From Ophelia neglecta (taxonomy: Eukaryota): a DNA stretch of 64,000 nt. Of the stretch, positions 37,701 through 50,900 are shown piece by piece (the first letter of the stretch is position 1; the number at the start of each line of letters is the position of its first letter). The stretch spans positions 97,526,001 through 97,590,000 of the forward strand of contig OZ260662.1 in assembly GCA_965285935.1 (NCBI GenBank), read 5' to 3'. The position numbers and the translations under genes are program-made. The notes beneath the pieces were generated by a model. That model did not search any database. It saw only the letters and a program-made list of their open reading frames with translations, and was not told the DNA's origin.

Positions 37701-40700
37701 GTGTGACAATCAGGGAAGAAGGGGACAGCTCACAGGGAGGGTACGGGAGGGGCGGCTCCTCATCCTTAGAATACCGCCCATTGAAATGGCTGGCCCCTAG
37801 CTGCTCCACCACTTAGGTGAGTGCTCCCTCCCTGCAGGGAACTCTCCATCGCTTTCATCTCATCCACTAGGAATTGTCTACATCAAGGAGGGTGCTTGAC
37901 ATTTAAATGAACAGCCAGTCTCCTGTGACCAATCTGAATGGCAAGCCAGACAGTTGAGTCTATCAAACCATCCACCCCGCTGCATTTGAACTTCAAATGA
38001 ATCGGTGATTTCAAGTGGGAAAAAAAGCTAGCTTTCTAGTACCAACCCCATTTTACATTGATTGTCACCTGGTTGATGAACTATTACCTGTTTATCGGCC
38101 AGTCTGCCTTATTTACGACAGTCCCGTCTCAGAGTGGGCTTTTGAGAATGATTGTTACGTTCTTTACAGCCTAGATGACATTCCCCAATGATTCACTGCT
38201 GTGTTTTGTGCCGTTTTTTGCAAATCAATTTTCGTGCCCAGACACTTTTTTAGCCACCTACAGGCTTTGAAGCTGCTCGCCCACTTAACCTAGTAGAGAA
38301 TATTGCTATATTAAATTTGGTTATGGATGTGTTTTTAATACATATACTGGGAGAATTTTTCACAACTCTATGACATAGATAGAGCTGGTTGCCAGGCTCC
38401 TACGGCCTTAATCTTATTGATGTTACCCCTTCCCGTGGTGCAATGTCTGTCTCACTTGTGTTGAAGTAGATCAGTTCGTACTAGTTCTGAGGGTTTTTTT
38501 TGGGGGGTTAAGATTACTGTATTAGGGTGGGATCTATTGGTTAACCCTTTCTTATTAATGGACCACCCTATGGGGCACCCTTAGTGACAAATAAAAGAGA
38601 TATCTATATATTGTAAGAGAAAAACAAAAACTGACCAGAGCATTAATGAACTCATTGACAAATATAAAATGTAGTTTGTGTGCAACTCTCATTGCAAATA
38701 AACAATTGTGCACCTGAGCGTTTTTATTAAAACTACACATGGATTCCTTTCAGAGTAAATTGCGCCTATATAACATTTGGCACGATTGCCCTGGTGAAAA
38801 GAAACGCATCTGGTGAGGCGCATGTTTCTTGTGTCAAAATATTGATTGCCAAAAATATCTTATCTTTGACATCTGGGCCGCTCTCTGAAGGAGGGTCTGG
38901 ACATCATTGGCCCCTTCAAAAGGACAGTTCGGACATCTATGCCCCCCTCAAAAGGAGGGAACTGGCATCTGTTCCCCTCTAAATGAGTGTCATGTGACAT
39001 CCCTGCCCCCTCTAAAATCCTCGAGCACTATTAAATAGCTAGGACTCTCAACAGGGTAAAGATGACAATGCGTGGGTTGGGATGGGTTCAATACTGTCTC
39101 TTTCCTAAGTAATTTACTGTTGTTTGGTCTCATCCTTGATGCTGTCCACTCAAGCAAGGCATTGACCCATCCCAGCTCATTCCATGCAGGAGGGTCTGCA
39201 GGACTTGCTTGCAATAACAAATTAATTGCTTTGTGTGAGCTGGACTTCTGGTCAGTTTGTCACTAGTGTACTACCAAGGTGAAAAGACCAAGTACAAACT
39301 GCATACAGCAGAATACAGCTCCTTGGGGGGTATCCTGGAAACCCATATGTCCATACTATATCTATATGATTCCAATGGGTTTTTGACTTTGCTGGGATTC
39401 AAACTCACAACACAATATTAAGTATGGTTAGTAGAAGTTAGCCTTGACATGGGGTAAATGTGAGAAGGTGCCCACTGGGCATCATAACATGAATAACTGC
39501 TAGATGTACAGATAAGACTTACGAAAATTGCACCATGAAATTCTATCAGTCACCCATTCTCCCGCTCTAAGGATTTTGTTATCTCTGTAATCATGGTGGT
39601 TTGTGTTTGTGCCTGAGGTGATTGATTCTTGTCATATTTTTCCGATTTACAAGTTATTTGAGTTGGGTAAGGTGTACTGATGTTAATGTGTACCACAGCA
39701 CTGCCTGAGGATGTAAAACCCGGATGAGCCTAAACCCGGACCAAGGGTTCGGCAGCCAGCTCAGCCCAGCAAGCTTAACCCGAGGTAACCGAGATAATCG
39801 GACCGGTTCATTATAACCAGATCCTGGAGCATGGCCCATTACCGTGGTAACCAGACAAGTAATAACCTTGAAACACATCAGCCAGTCATTATTTATGGTC
39901 AACTTTCTCAGCGTTTAGCTGGTTTTCATGCCATTTTAACACAATACAGACACATATAGCCCCTGCCAGGATCTGGCTATGTGTTTATTATGCCTGCTGA
40001 TGCAGCTGGAATGACTTCTGCATGTTTTCATTGGGCTATGTTTCTTTTTACCAAGTGTGTGTCATGCGTGTCCAATGTTAGGACTTGTTGAACTTAATTT
40101 ACTTACCCAAATAGCCATTTGAGTGTCCCCTGACCTTGGTATAAATGATATAACAGTATACCTGACTATGTAAATTCTACCTGGTAACAGTCAGACGAAT
40201 CTTGATGGACTTCATGCTTGAATGTCTTGTGAGTCTAGTATAATACATTTAATGTTCATTTGATTTTTTTCCTATAGTACCAAATGCTTTGATAAATATC
40301 ATTTTAATGGATCTTTGGGGGACTGTTTGACAATGAAGCAAATGATTTATATTCCCCGTCCTGGCCCTTGTGTTATTTGAATCCAGACATGTTGAAAGCT
40401 GCACGTGTGTAGACAAAATTTGGCTGACCCATTTTGGACCAATCATCACTGGCTCTATGCCATAGTACCTTCAATTCTTGACAATAAAATGTACTTTTGG
40501 ACTAAAGTTCATTGATATGCAAATGTTGTACTAATATTTGTTGGGAGCGAAAAAGGTTGGGGATAAAGCTTCCTACTGGAGATAACTATGTTTGCATAGT
40601 GGTACTCCTGCAGGAAATGAATATTTGCAAATACAGACGGAAATTTCCTTGATAACTTTTATCATTTTTGCCATTGTAAGTATAATGCTGGCGGGCAAGC

Positions 40701-43700
40701 TCAACAGATTATATCAACTGTGATATCAGATAAAGCACTGTGTTTTATTCTACTTTCAATATCTTCGGTTACATATAGAATAAAATGAAACTTAGTGCAA
40801 CATTACAGGAAAAGCGATGGTTTATTTTGTCGAAACCTTTGAACTCATTGACTGCTGAAGTAGCTGTTATGTCCCTTAGCTCAGGATGTTTGCATTCATC
40901 TGTGTTACTTAATGAGTTAATAAATTACTCCATAACATAATAGGTGATAATTTTGTTTGATTGCTTTTTCATTGGGAATGCATTTAAGTCATCTTCCTAT
41001 GATAGAGATAGAAGTTTGTGTAAGTACTTTCAGCGTGCATCTGCATCCAATCAAATGTGAAACCAAAAGTGTAGGTAAATTTGTACAATATGAATAGCAT
41101 GCCATTAATACTGGTAAGTTGATGCAAGCCCAGCCGTGTGGAAATGTTGAGGGTTTAAGGCCGCTATGTGGACCTGGCCTACCGCAATATGTCCTGTTTT
41201 CTCGAAGATCTGTTTTCTGAATAACAACTGAGATTATATGCTCAGGTCCAATTCTGTGGGGGTGTGACTGAATGTTCCCAGAAGGCAAATCACACTCAGG
41301 TCTCCGTGATAAATGCCCCTCTTTGGTGTGTCCCTGAAAATAATCTGTCTTCTGCCTTGAAACCAGCGTATTCTGCTGTCAGCAGATGTTTCATTCAGGC
41401 TTCAGTCATCTATTTCTGAATATTTTCCTTATATGATATAGGTTTCCCACAGATATATTGGTTTTTTGTGAGAGCAACAGCGTTAAAATATTGCTCCATT
41501 TTTCATGTCAACGGATACCTCCATAATTTGAGTTTTAGTCCAATATTTATGTCCAGCTTTACTTTCTGTATGTTGCAAGCTATCTTTATTCCTCCATTGG
41601 CTCCAGCTGAGGCGGTTAAACTTGGTGCATAACATCTATAGAACATTCAGATTAAACGGCAATTGATAGAGCTTATTTTTCATTCCTTGAATTTCAAGTG
41701 CATCAATCTGTCACTGACTTCCGATGTCAGACTTGGCCGTTTTATTGATAGTAAGGAGAGGTATTAGGCTCCGTTGATAGCTATGCATCGTTAATCACAC
41801 TGTGTCAGAAATTGGGAAATTCTTGCTAAGATTGGAAATTCTTACACAAGATGGAAAGAAGGCAATAAAGAAACGGTAATCAAACTCTGTGAAGATGTGT
41901 AATATACTGTAAGATACCAGAAAATTTGTTTGACTGAAATATGAGAAGAGTATTAATAGTCTGTTTTATTTGTGAATAGTGTTGTTTATCAGTGTAGGAG
42001 TTGGTATTTTGTTGGGTGTGATATGAAGATTGTCTACATACCATGGATATGCCAATGATGAGATTCAAAGTCTACACAATATGAATTAGGATGCAACAAC
42101 CAATTGGATCAAATGTTTGGTGTAATAAGTGACAAGTCAAATTGCTGGAGTTGAACGTGGTATGATATTTGACCAGGAGTGAGTGTTCTGGAAAATGGGA
42201 TGAATTAAATAAATAGGGTGATAAATGGATCTGTGGATCCATTTAAAATCAGGTCCCATACCATATGTCAGTTCAAAAAAGGTCAAATACAGAGTAGAAG
42301 GGTGCAGACAGCAGCTCACACGTTGATCAGCTACCCCCCTACCCACCCTCCTGACCTCTCCCTTGCTAGCTCCCTGACCCTCAATCCTGGGACAGTCCCT
42401 ACTGCCCTCAACAAACATCAAGTAGGTATGGTTAGTTTCTTACTTGCCATGTTTACATGTATCTATGTACATGTACTGACTTGGCTCATGGACCATAATA
42501 ACAACATTAGCCTTGTACATTCACTAGCCTGCCCTTGTCTATCCTGAGCCAAGGTCATGGTGTAATACCCACATTCCTGGCCTCATTCCTAGCTAATGAG
42601 GCCAGGAAGATGGACATACAACTTGACCTATTTTGTGTTGAGCTTTTAGCTCAATATGCCAGCCCAACAGATTGTGCCACTACAAGTATCTTTTTGATGT
42701 ATAACTGGCTGTTGATGGCAGTTGTGGTGAGATGTCGGACACCGGCTATTTGGCAATGTTTACATACTAGTCAGTAGCATTCTGGTGTGAACAGTCATAT
42801 CTCAAGTACAGCCAGCTTGTGACTTACCACCATCTGTGTGCCCTGCGTAAAGCTCAAGGACACCCACCTAACGTGTGTCGTCCCAGACCTGACACCAGAG
42901 GGCAGTCTTATCATTTGTATGGTCTTTCAGTAGTTTATGACCTCCGGCTGCTACTCCACATCAATTTATTTAATACTTCTGTTAGTTTCACAATTTTAAA
43001 GTCATGAAAAGTTTGCCGGACTTGCATTTCATGTATTGGTGAAAACCCCAATTTACCTGGTAGTCTGGTAAACATGAAGAGTATTTGATGATAAGATAGC
43101 GGCTTGAATTCCTGATATTTCATATGTTCCTCATTTACCAACATTTTGTGCACTAGGCTATTAAATGAAAAGATTTGACAATTTAGGAAGACTAATTGTA
43201 TGCTAAATAACTTGTTGCAGCCGACATTTTGAAATCAACCTAAAGGTAGTTTTACTGTACGAGTGACATTGACATACATTGACATTGCCGTTGGGTTTGT
43301 GTATATCTCTGGTCCTCTTTCTCAGTTGGGACATCTACCAAGTCTAGACTTTGAAACTCTACCAAGAGTATATATCCTGTAGCCACACACATAGCTCCGG
43401 TGTCTAGACAGAATGCACAAAGTAACCATATCAGAAGGCTCAACTGCCAGCTACAAGCCAGGTTTTTGCCACTTTTTCCAACGCCGTATGTATGCGAGCC
43501 CAAAAGTCATAAGTAAAGTAGACGATCTCTTTGTAAGTGAATTCCGAAGCGCAGGTGTAATTACTTAGCTTCCCTGCAGGAATTTGAACCAAAACGTTGG
43601 AGCGTCTGCCGAATGGGGACAGCTAGAGAAATGAAGTACCCCAACAGGATGATTATGATTAAACAGACGTGTACGTTTTTCTGAGATTCAATGGCACAGT

Positions 43701-46700
43701 GTGATGAGTGATAATCTGTACATGTACGAGTACATGTCAGAGGAAAAGGGCGGGATGATTACAGGAAAATTGATCCGGCCCCAGATTAAATCTCAACGCA
43801 CTGACATAGGTTATGGGAGTGTACAGTGATAAAAGGCAGGCAGCCGACACTGTCTAATAGCCACTTGAGCCACCAGAGATCCTATTGGCTGGGCTTAAAA
43901 AGTTTTAAAATTGTTGTTAGTTCTTTTACCTTAATCTTGATGAGGTCAGTAAAATTTTAGCTAGCTAGAAGGCTCTCACCCATTGTAGATCCCCATGATT
44001 TGACTAGGGTTTAGACAGTGTTTAAATGAATTAAGTTGAATGCAGGTGCAATGAAGCTCTGTATTTGGTTTCACAGGCTTTGTATGTTACATTTATGTGT
44101 TCTGACCCCATTGACAGATTAATCAGAAGTCACCATGGTAATTATTAGGTTCTGTGATGTCTAATTACAAGCATTTTATTGTTGAGTCTCTTATTTTAGT
44201 CACTTTTCTTTTAGTATCTTTATGACTTACTGTGTGGTTATTGTCTTCACCCAAAAGGCAAAAAAAAAACAAGGCCAGAAATGTAATCTTTATTATGTGT
44301 CTTGTGAATATTTATTGCTTATTAAATATATAGTTATGAACTATCTTTTCCATTAGGCTCAGTAATGTACTGAGTTGTTTGTTGCCTGCACCTCAGTAGC
44401 AGTATGGTATCTCCCCGGGGACTTGCTAACGGCTAGCCCAGCTCTATATTTGTGCACATTTCCATATGGGTGATAAATACTCATCCCTGGCATTTACCAA
44501 TGTGACAAGGGGCATTTGTATCAACAAATGTAGATTAGGAGTTGATCAAATGAGAGCATAGCTCCCCACCCCCCTGCTAATGACAGACATAATCGCTTTG
44601 CACATGATTGGAAATTGGGAATTTTACCATCAAAAGCGGGAATATTGACTGGATAAATACAGTTAATTTCCCCTGTGCAGTCTAGTCAAATTATTGCAAT
44701 GAATTGTGAGAAAATAGTGGCCTGCATATTTCCATTATTTGAACATTACAGTGGCTTCAGAATTGTTATTACACTTTGTGCAGTAGGGTGTTATTTCCAT
44801 CTGACCAGTATGTACTAATGACAGACAGCAGACGTACGTGTACATAAAACAAGAGATGTATCTTGATCACCAAGCAAGTGCCTTTCTCCCTGTGGTAGCT
44901 TCTGGACACTTCTGATAGATTACAAAGCTTGGTTGAGCACAAGTCAACAACCAATATCTGTCTTGTGTGAACAGAGAGATAGCGCTGACAGATTTCCTGT
45001 TCATGGGTAGATAAGACAATGCTGTGATATCATTGGAGTGCAGTATTGACCAGGTATTATTAAACAAGACCAGACACAATGAAAGTCAGAGTTAATTAGC
45101 AAACTTGCAAAGCTTTAGTCTAAATACTTGAAGCAAGGACTAAGTGTTTTTTCATGTCTTACCTTCAAAACAGAAGATAAATGTGAGTTGTTGGCTATCA
45201 CCTGATTAGCCTGATAGCCTTATGACATATCACCTTCAGGCTAGGCCGCTGCCCTCCCTGTACACCTGACATTTTACAACAGAACTGCCAGGATGACATT
45301 CTAGTCCAAAATGAATGTTATTTTTTTACCCCAGTTCATGTTACAGTATTGTATTAGCCCGTGGAGGGGGCATAGAACAATAGAATTATCCTACTTTATC
45401 CTGTTTTTCAGCCTTTTCATGTTATAAATGTTGATATTATAACTTCTGTTTTGCAATGACATTAGTAGAGTTACCCCAGTTGTGCTTGGTCCCCTTCATC
45501 TTAATTCTCAGCCAGATAAGTGGGTACTAGGTATTATCATGACCTGATGTCTGGCCATTTGACTAGTTCATGGCCTCTCTTTATGGATGTGATATCTATA
45601 TGGTTAAGCAGTGACATAAAACCTTAGTAGAATTTGCATAAGGTCCATTGTACAGGGTTCTTTGGGGACTGTGGTCTCCTTAAAGGACACCAGGGAGCCC
45701 TCCGGGAGTATGGGCCCTGTCTGATATATATGTACTAAGGCTATATTTTTGATATTTTTGCACTGTCCTGCATAAGAATGTATTCTGTTCCGTTTGACTC
45801 GAATGGTCTTGGAAAATTTCTCAAAGCTCTGACCGGTCATTATGTGATCTCTCCTGAATCTATCACTGCCAAAGTCATCTAAGAAACTGAAAAACTGGCT
45901 CACGAGACTGGTGATTTGGCTTGCTTTTTTTTTCAGTCGTAAACTGTCTGGGTCTTGTTTTTCTACCTCCTTTATTTGTCAGGAGAAGAGAATGTGGAGG
46001 AGGTTGATCGGACCGAGATTTTCTCAATGGTGATTTGCTTTTAGTGAGACATCCTGAAATTATCCAGAGTAATGCCTATTTGGTCGTAAATCGGCAAGAA
46101 AATGGAAAGTAGTTTTCCGGCCGGCGGGGAATAGCCATGTAGCTAATGGGCAGGCTCCATTATGATGGGTTACACAGTCACATAGAAGGTTTACTAAGCT
46201 TAGGCCCCTCTTACACAGACAATGTTAAAAGATATCAAACTACCGACAGACCCGTCTGCTAACATGAAGAATCCCACTCGGCAGAATGACTGAACGCCCT
46301 AAACTAATGAATGACACTATAAAGTTCCATTCCAGTTGGCTGGCTTCATGTTTGTCTGGAGATCTTACATCAAGCATACATCATCCCTCTCGTCCTGTCT
46401 GCTTGAAGGCGTTGAGGACCACCAGAGACATATTGGAATTGCTAGCTTTTTTCGCTAGTGGTGTCCGTCATGATACTTAGCTATCACCCTGTTAAGCAGC
46501 CGGATTTCCTGCCATTGTACCGGCCACAGAGTTAATGGCATTGTGCTGGCCACAGAATGAATGGCATATCTTGTGAATTTAACTGTACTAGCCTGCGGCT
46601 GACCAAGCATTCACTCTCCACTTGATAACATCTTTCTGTCAACTGTAGATATAGAGCTGTTGACCAGAGACTTGTTGCTGTCAGTCAGCCAGGCCTGGAT

Positions 46701-47848
46701 CGCTGGCCGGCCATCTGGCCCTAATCTCACCCTGGCTATCACCCTCGGCTCATTGATTTCCAGTGTTTGATGAAGGAGATGGGCTTGCCTCACAGATCCC
46801 ATTGCTCAGGGCCCTATGATTTTATTGATAGCTCTCCTTGTAACTGATACTCATTGATAGCATTAGGCTGATGTCCTTGTAACTCGCTGGACCCCTGATA
46901 TGTAGTCACAATTGGTTGGAGATGATTTGACCCGTCAGGCGCCTACTATACTTGTATCTACATAACCGATCAGGCTCAAATCCCGGCCAGGCTTAAAGTC
47001 TCAACAGCACATGTTGTTAACTGTCTTTCACCAGAAGGAGAATTGAATTTCAGCTGTTTGTTAAGCTATGGTAAAGGCTGTGCACTTTATCACCCGCTGA
47101 TGGGCATTTCTGGCCTGTCCTCAGAGCATTGACGGAATCAATGCTGAGCGTCCAAGTCCTCCTCTCATTTTACAACCGCTCTGAGGATGAATAGAAATAG
47201 AAACAGCATTAACACTTTGAAAATACACAGCTGAATATACCCAGCTGAGCTGCATGCTGCAGGAGACGGGCAAAGCTTCAAACAAAGCCTGATAGTTGTA
47301 GGATGATGGATTGGGAGGGTTCTGATCTCCGATTCATCAAGGAGGCCATCTAGCTGTATCCACTCATGTGACCACTTTCAAAAGCAGTTTGATCTGGCCC
47401 CAACAATATTATGGACCGATAGGACCAACAACTACTGCCCCCCTCCTCCTTCCCCCTACCCTACTCTCCAGGAGGGGAAGGTTGGGCAACAGAAAATTCT
47501 GTTGAACCATTCTCGGTAACATGAAATGGTTTTATAAAGAGGCCTTGGCCAGGGCCTTGGTTGAGTGGCAGCCAGCCGGGCAGCCAGCCGGTCCCACAAT
47601 CAGCTGGTCCCACAATCAGGGTGCCCTCAGGCATGGCGTGCCAGCGAGCAGAGAACCATAGACAATACAGTGCCAGCCTACTCATGCCAACTCCTCATTG
47701 AGTAGATTTACTGCAGACTACCTGACGCTAAAGTCCGATCAGCAGGTCAGGTGGATCCTTCCTGGAGGACTCAAGTGTTCTTGGGGGAGAGAGATATAGA
47801 GCGGAGGGGGAAGGGGTGGCCTTAAAACCTCTTTACTTTTACCCATTA

Positions 47849-47956
47849 CAGTGGTCCCTGCGATGTAGCCCCCCCCCCCCCTTAAATCCAAGGAAAAGTG
47901 ACCCTACATTGCAGGTGGCACTTCATTGGAGGGGCCCTACATCGCAGGGACCACTG
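47849..47956 (-). mobile_element. MITE family B, internally deleted, inverted copy
   Basis: Same TIRs and TA duplication, 108 bp. The reverse complement matches the 4707 and 55951 copies but lacks the ~70 bp between the two CCACCTGC(G/A)ATG repeats. Confidence 0.9.
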
Positions 47957-50900
47957 TATCTGAATATTTTACACATATAGACATACACATATTTCTCTAA
48001 GCATTGTAAAGTGTTTGTATACATGATGAGGGAGGATGCAGCAGTTACATATGCCACCTTATGTCTTATGCCCATCACAATGCACTTAACAGTAGTAAGG
48101 TAAAGGGGATCTACAGTGTGGCTAATGTATTGGTGAACCCACCAGGAGCGATGCTGCCCTTCAAAACTTAACATGGCTCTGAGAGATATTGGTAAATTAT
48201 TAAATTATCAATGTGGTTTTGGTAGATCTATGACAATGTCTGATCTTTGTGGCATGTAACAGGTTGGTGTCCCATCATTGATTACACAGTAGAGAGCTGT
48301 GATGGCTTCAGCCAGCCCTATAGGAGCTCTGTGTACAGTCTGCCCGGTGGACAGCCTGCCTGGCAGCAGCCAGCCACAAATCATGTGTGCTGGCCAGCAG
48401 ACTCCCTGGGTAGCTTCCCACTCCTGACTTCCTCCACACTGTTGACAGAAGATGGTCATTGGTGATTCACACACTGTCTAGTCACAGAGTAAGCCTGTTT
48501 TGATTGGCCTTCATGTAAGCCACATGTGATTCTATCATGTAGCTGCACGGCCTCTGTGACCACGCCCTTTTAGGGTCACCAGATTCACCTGTTTGTCACT
48601 GCATGTGGCTCCATGTGACCTACAATGGAGGAAGCGACCATTTTCAAAGTCTCTCCTACATAATAATTGTTTGTGTGTTAACCACACACTAGTGACAGGG
48701 CGAGCCACCGTGTAACATTTCTACCCTTCTCCAGACAAGGCACCATGGTACAGATTATTAATATCCCATTATTAGTGAACATGGGAGAAGACCAGGATAG
48801 GTTGTTCAGCTACATTGTGGCCTTTAGTGCAGTGGTATCCCCAGTTTATCCTTGTTAGATATCAAATAATCACAATGTAAGTTGAGGCTAGCCCCCAGTA
48901 TGCTTCTAAGTCGCTGTACCTTATTACAGAAATGTCATGCTGGACTTGTTGTCTCTAGATAACAGACATTTCAATGAATGATTTCTCAGTATTGTATCCA
49001 ATAAAGGTCAATTGTCCCAAAGAGATAATCATGGGATCACCTGTCTTCTTGGGGATAATCTTGGTGCATGTATATTTCCCTGGGGTCTTTCCATGGCAAT
49101 TGGTTGCCCAGTCTACCTGCTCAATTCCTCTACCTCACCTCCCCCTCCCCCCCCCCCCCCCCCCCCCCACACACACAGACATTGGTTTTGTGGTTAACTT
49201 AGAACAGATGCAGAATAAGTGCAGAAGGGTTAGAATTGAGGCAAAGAAGCTGTACATTGGCCACGGCCATGTGTCTAGGGCCCAGGTCCAATGATAAAAT
49301 ACTCTCATCACTACAACCAAGGCTCAATTTTGACCAGAGCAGTAGACTTTTATCCAGTGAAACAGGAAGCCCACTGCTCTCAGGTTTCAGGGGACCCTTG
49401 CACACTGACTGGAATGACAGCGCTCAAAGATGACCATGACCTAGATATTTTCCGAGAGCCGGTTGTAGATTGAGCTGGGTCCCTGTAGGAATGGGCAGTT
49501 AGCGTGTGAGTGACTATCACCAGCTGACCAGCAGCCATTAAACACTCCATAATGTTATCAATTCCAGGGTAACATGATAGAGGCCGGCTCCCGGCCAGGA
49601 TCTGACCAGGGTAGTTGTCCTGTGTAGTCTCCTCAAGCAGTTAGTCACAGTCCACTGAGTAGCCAATGAGGCATGTTAATTGAGAGGAAATGCATTGGTT
49701 GTGGACTGCCCGTTGGTGATCTGATCTGTCTTGAGCTGTACTCCCCTTGTGTACTCCCCTCGGGAGGTGGGGGAGAAGTGCTGTGCTGTTTATCTGAGAC
49801 TTGTGAGTGATGTTGCTCCAGGCTGTTGATTGATGGGAGTTACCAGTGGTCTTTGTGTATTTAACCCTCCCCTAATGTGTGTCTCACTCTATATATAGGT
49901 GTAACCATTCATTCACCTTTTAGTTTTTATAATATCAAATCATGTTTACAGATATTTATTCAATAGAGTGTGTATCTTCTGAATTAAATGCTGATGACAT
50001 CTGTTTTCAGCTGCTTACAGGACTACATGTACATGTATATTTGAAGGTTGCTCTAACTGTGGTTTGCCCGTTGTCATTTATGGACATGGTCATTTATGGA
50101 CACAAGTTTGAGGGCCTCTCTCGGTCTGTGGTGTATGGCTGCCTAACCTCCAATCACCTTAATCAGTAGTATGGCCCGGGTAATAAGAGGCTTGTGTAGT
50201 TTTATTGCTTCATGTTATAAAAGTGAGCTCAACTGACTTGAGCTTGAATCATTGTGGTCTGCTCAATGGCCAGAAAGTACTCTCTGTATAATGGTTCTAA
50301 GGGGACTCACTATTCAAGGGATTTTAAGGGTTATGATCTAGGTGGGAGGGGGGCAGTCAATATCCAGGGAGGTCATGGGGCTTAGCCAACCTTTCTGTCT
50401 CCAAGTAGGTGGAAAGGGTCTCCTATCTAGGTCAAAGGAGGGAGGGGTGCTTCCTGTACCTTTTAGGGGGGGGGGTCGCCCCCACAGAGGATGGGGATAT
50501 GGAGATTAGTCTCCTGTAGCCTCTCTGGTAGGAGACACCTTTCCCACTGCCTAACTAAGAAACCAGATCCAGTGTCAAATTGGAATTGGCCAATCATCAG
50601 AGGGCAGCCCATGGAGAGGAGGGCCCCATTAAAGGGGCTACAAATCCAATTTATGATGTGTGGGTTCTTTTAACTGATAGATCACATTAGTGAACGTGGG
50701 CAGCACCTTCAAGCATGGTGGTACTAATATCTAGGGTGATTTGATCACCTGAAGGAAATCCTTCTTACCATCAATCTCTACTCACCAACCTGCTATAGGT
50801 GTGAACAGAATGCCTCCCTCTATTAGCATCTGGAGAATCCAAGTTAACGCCTGCAGCTTTAACTAAGTGGTGCTGATTTGCCACCCAGTATGTACATGAT

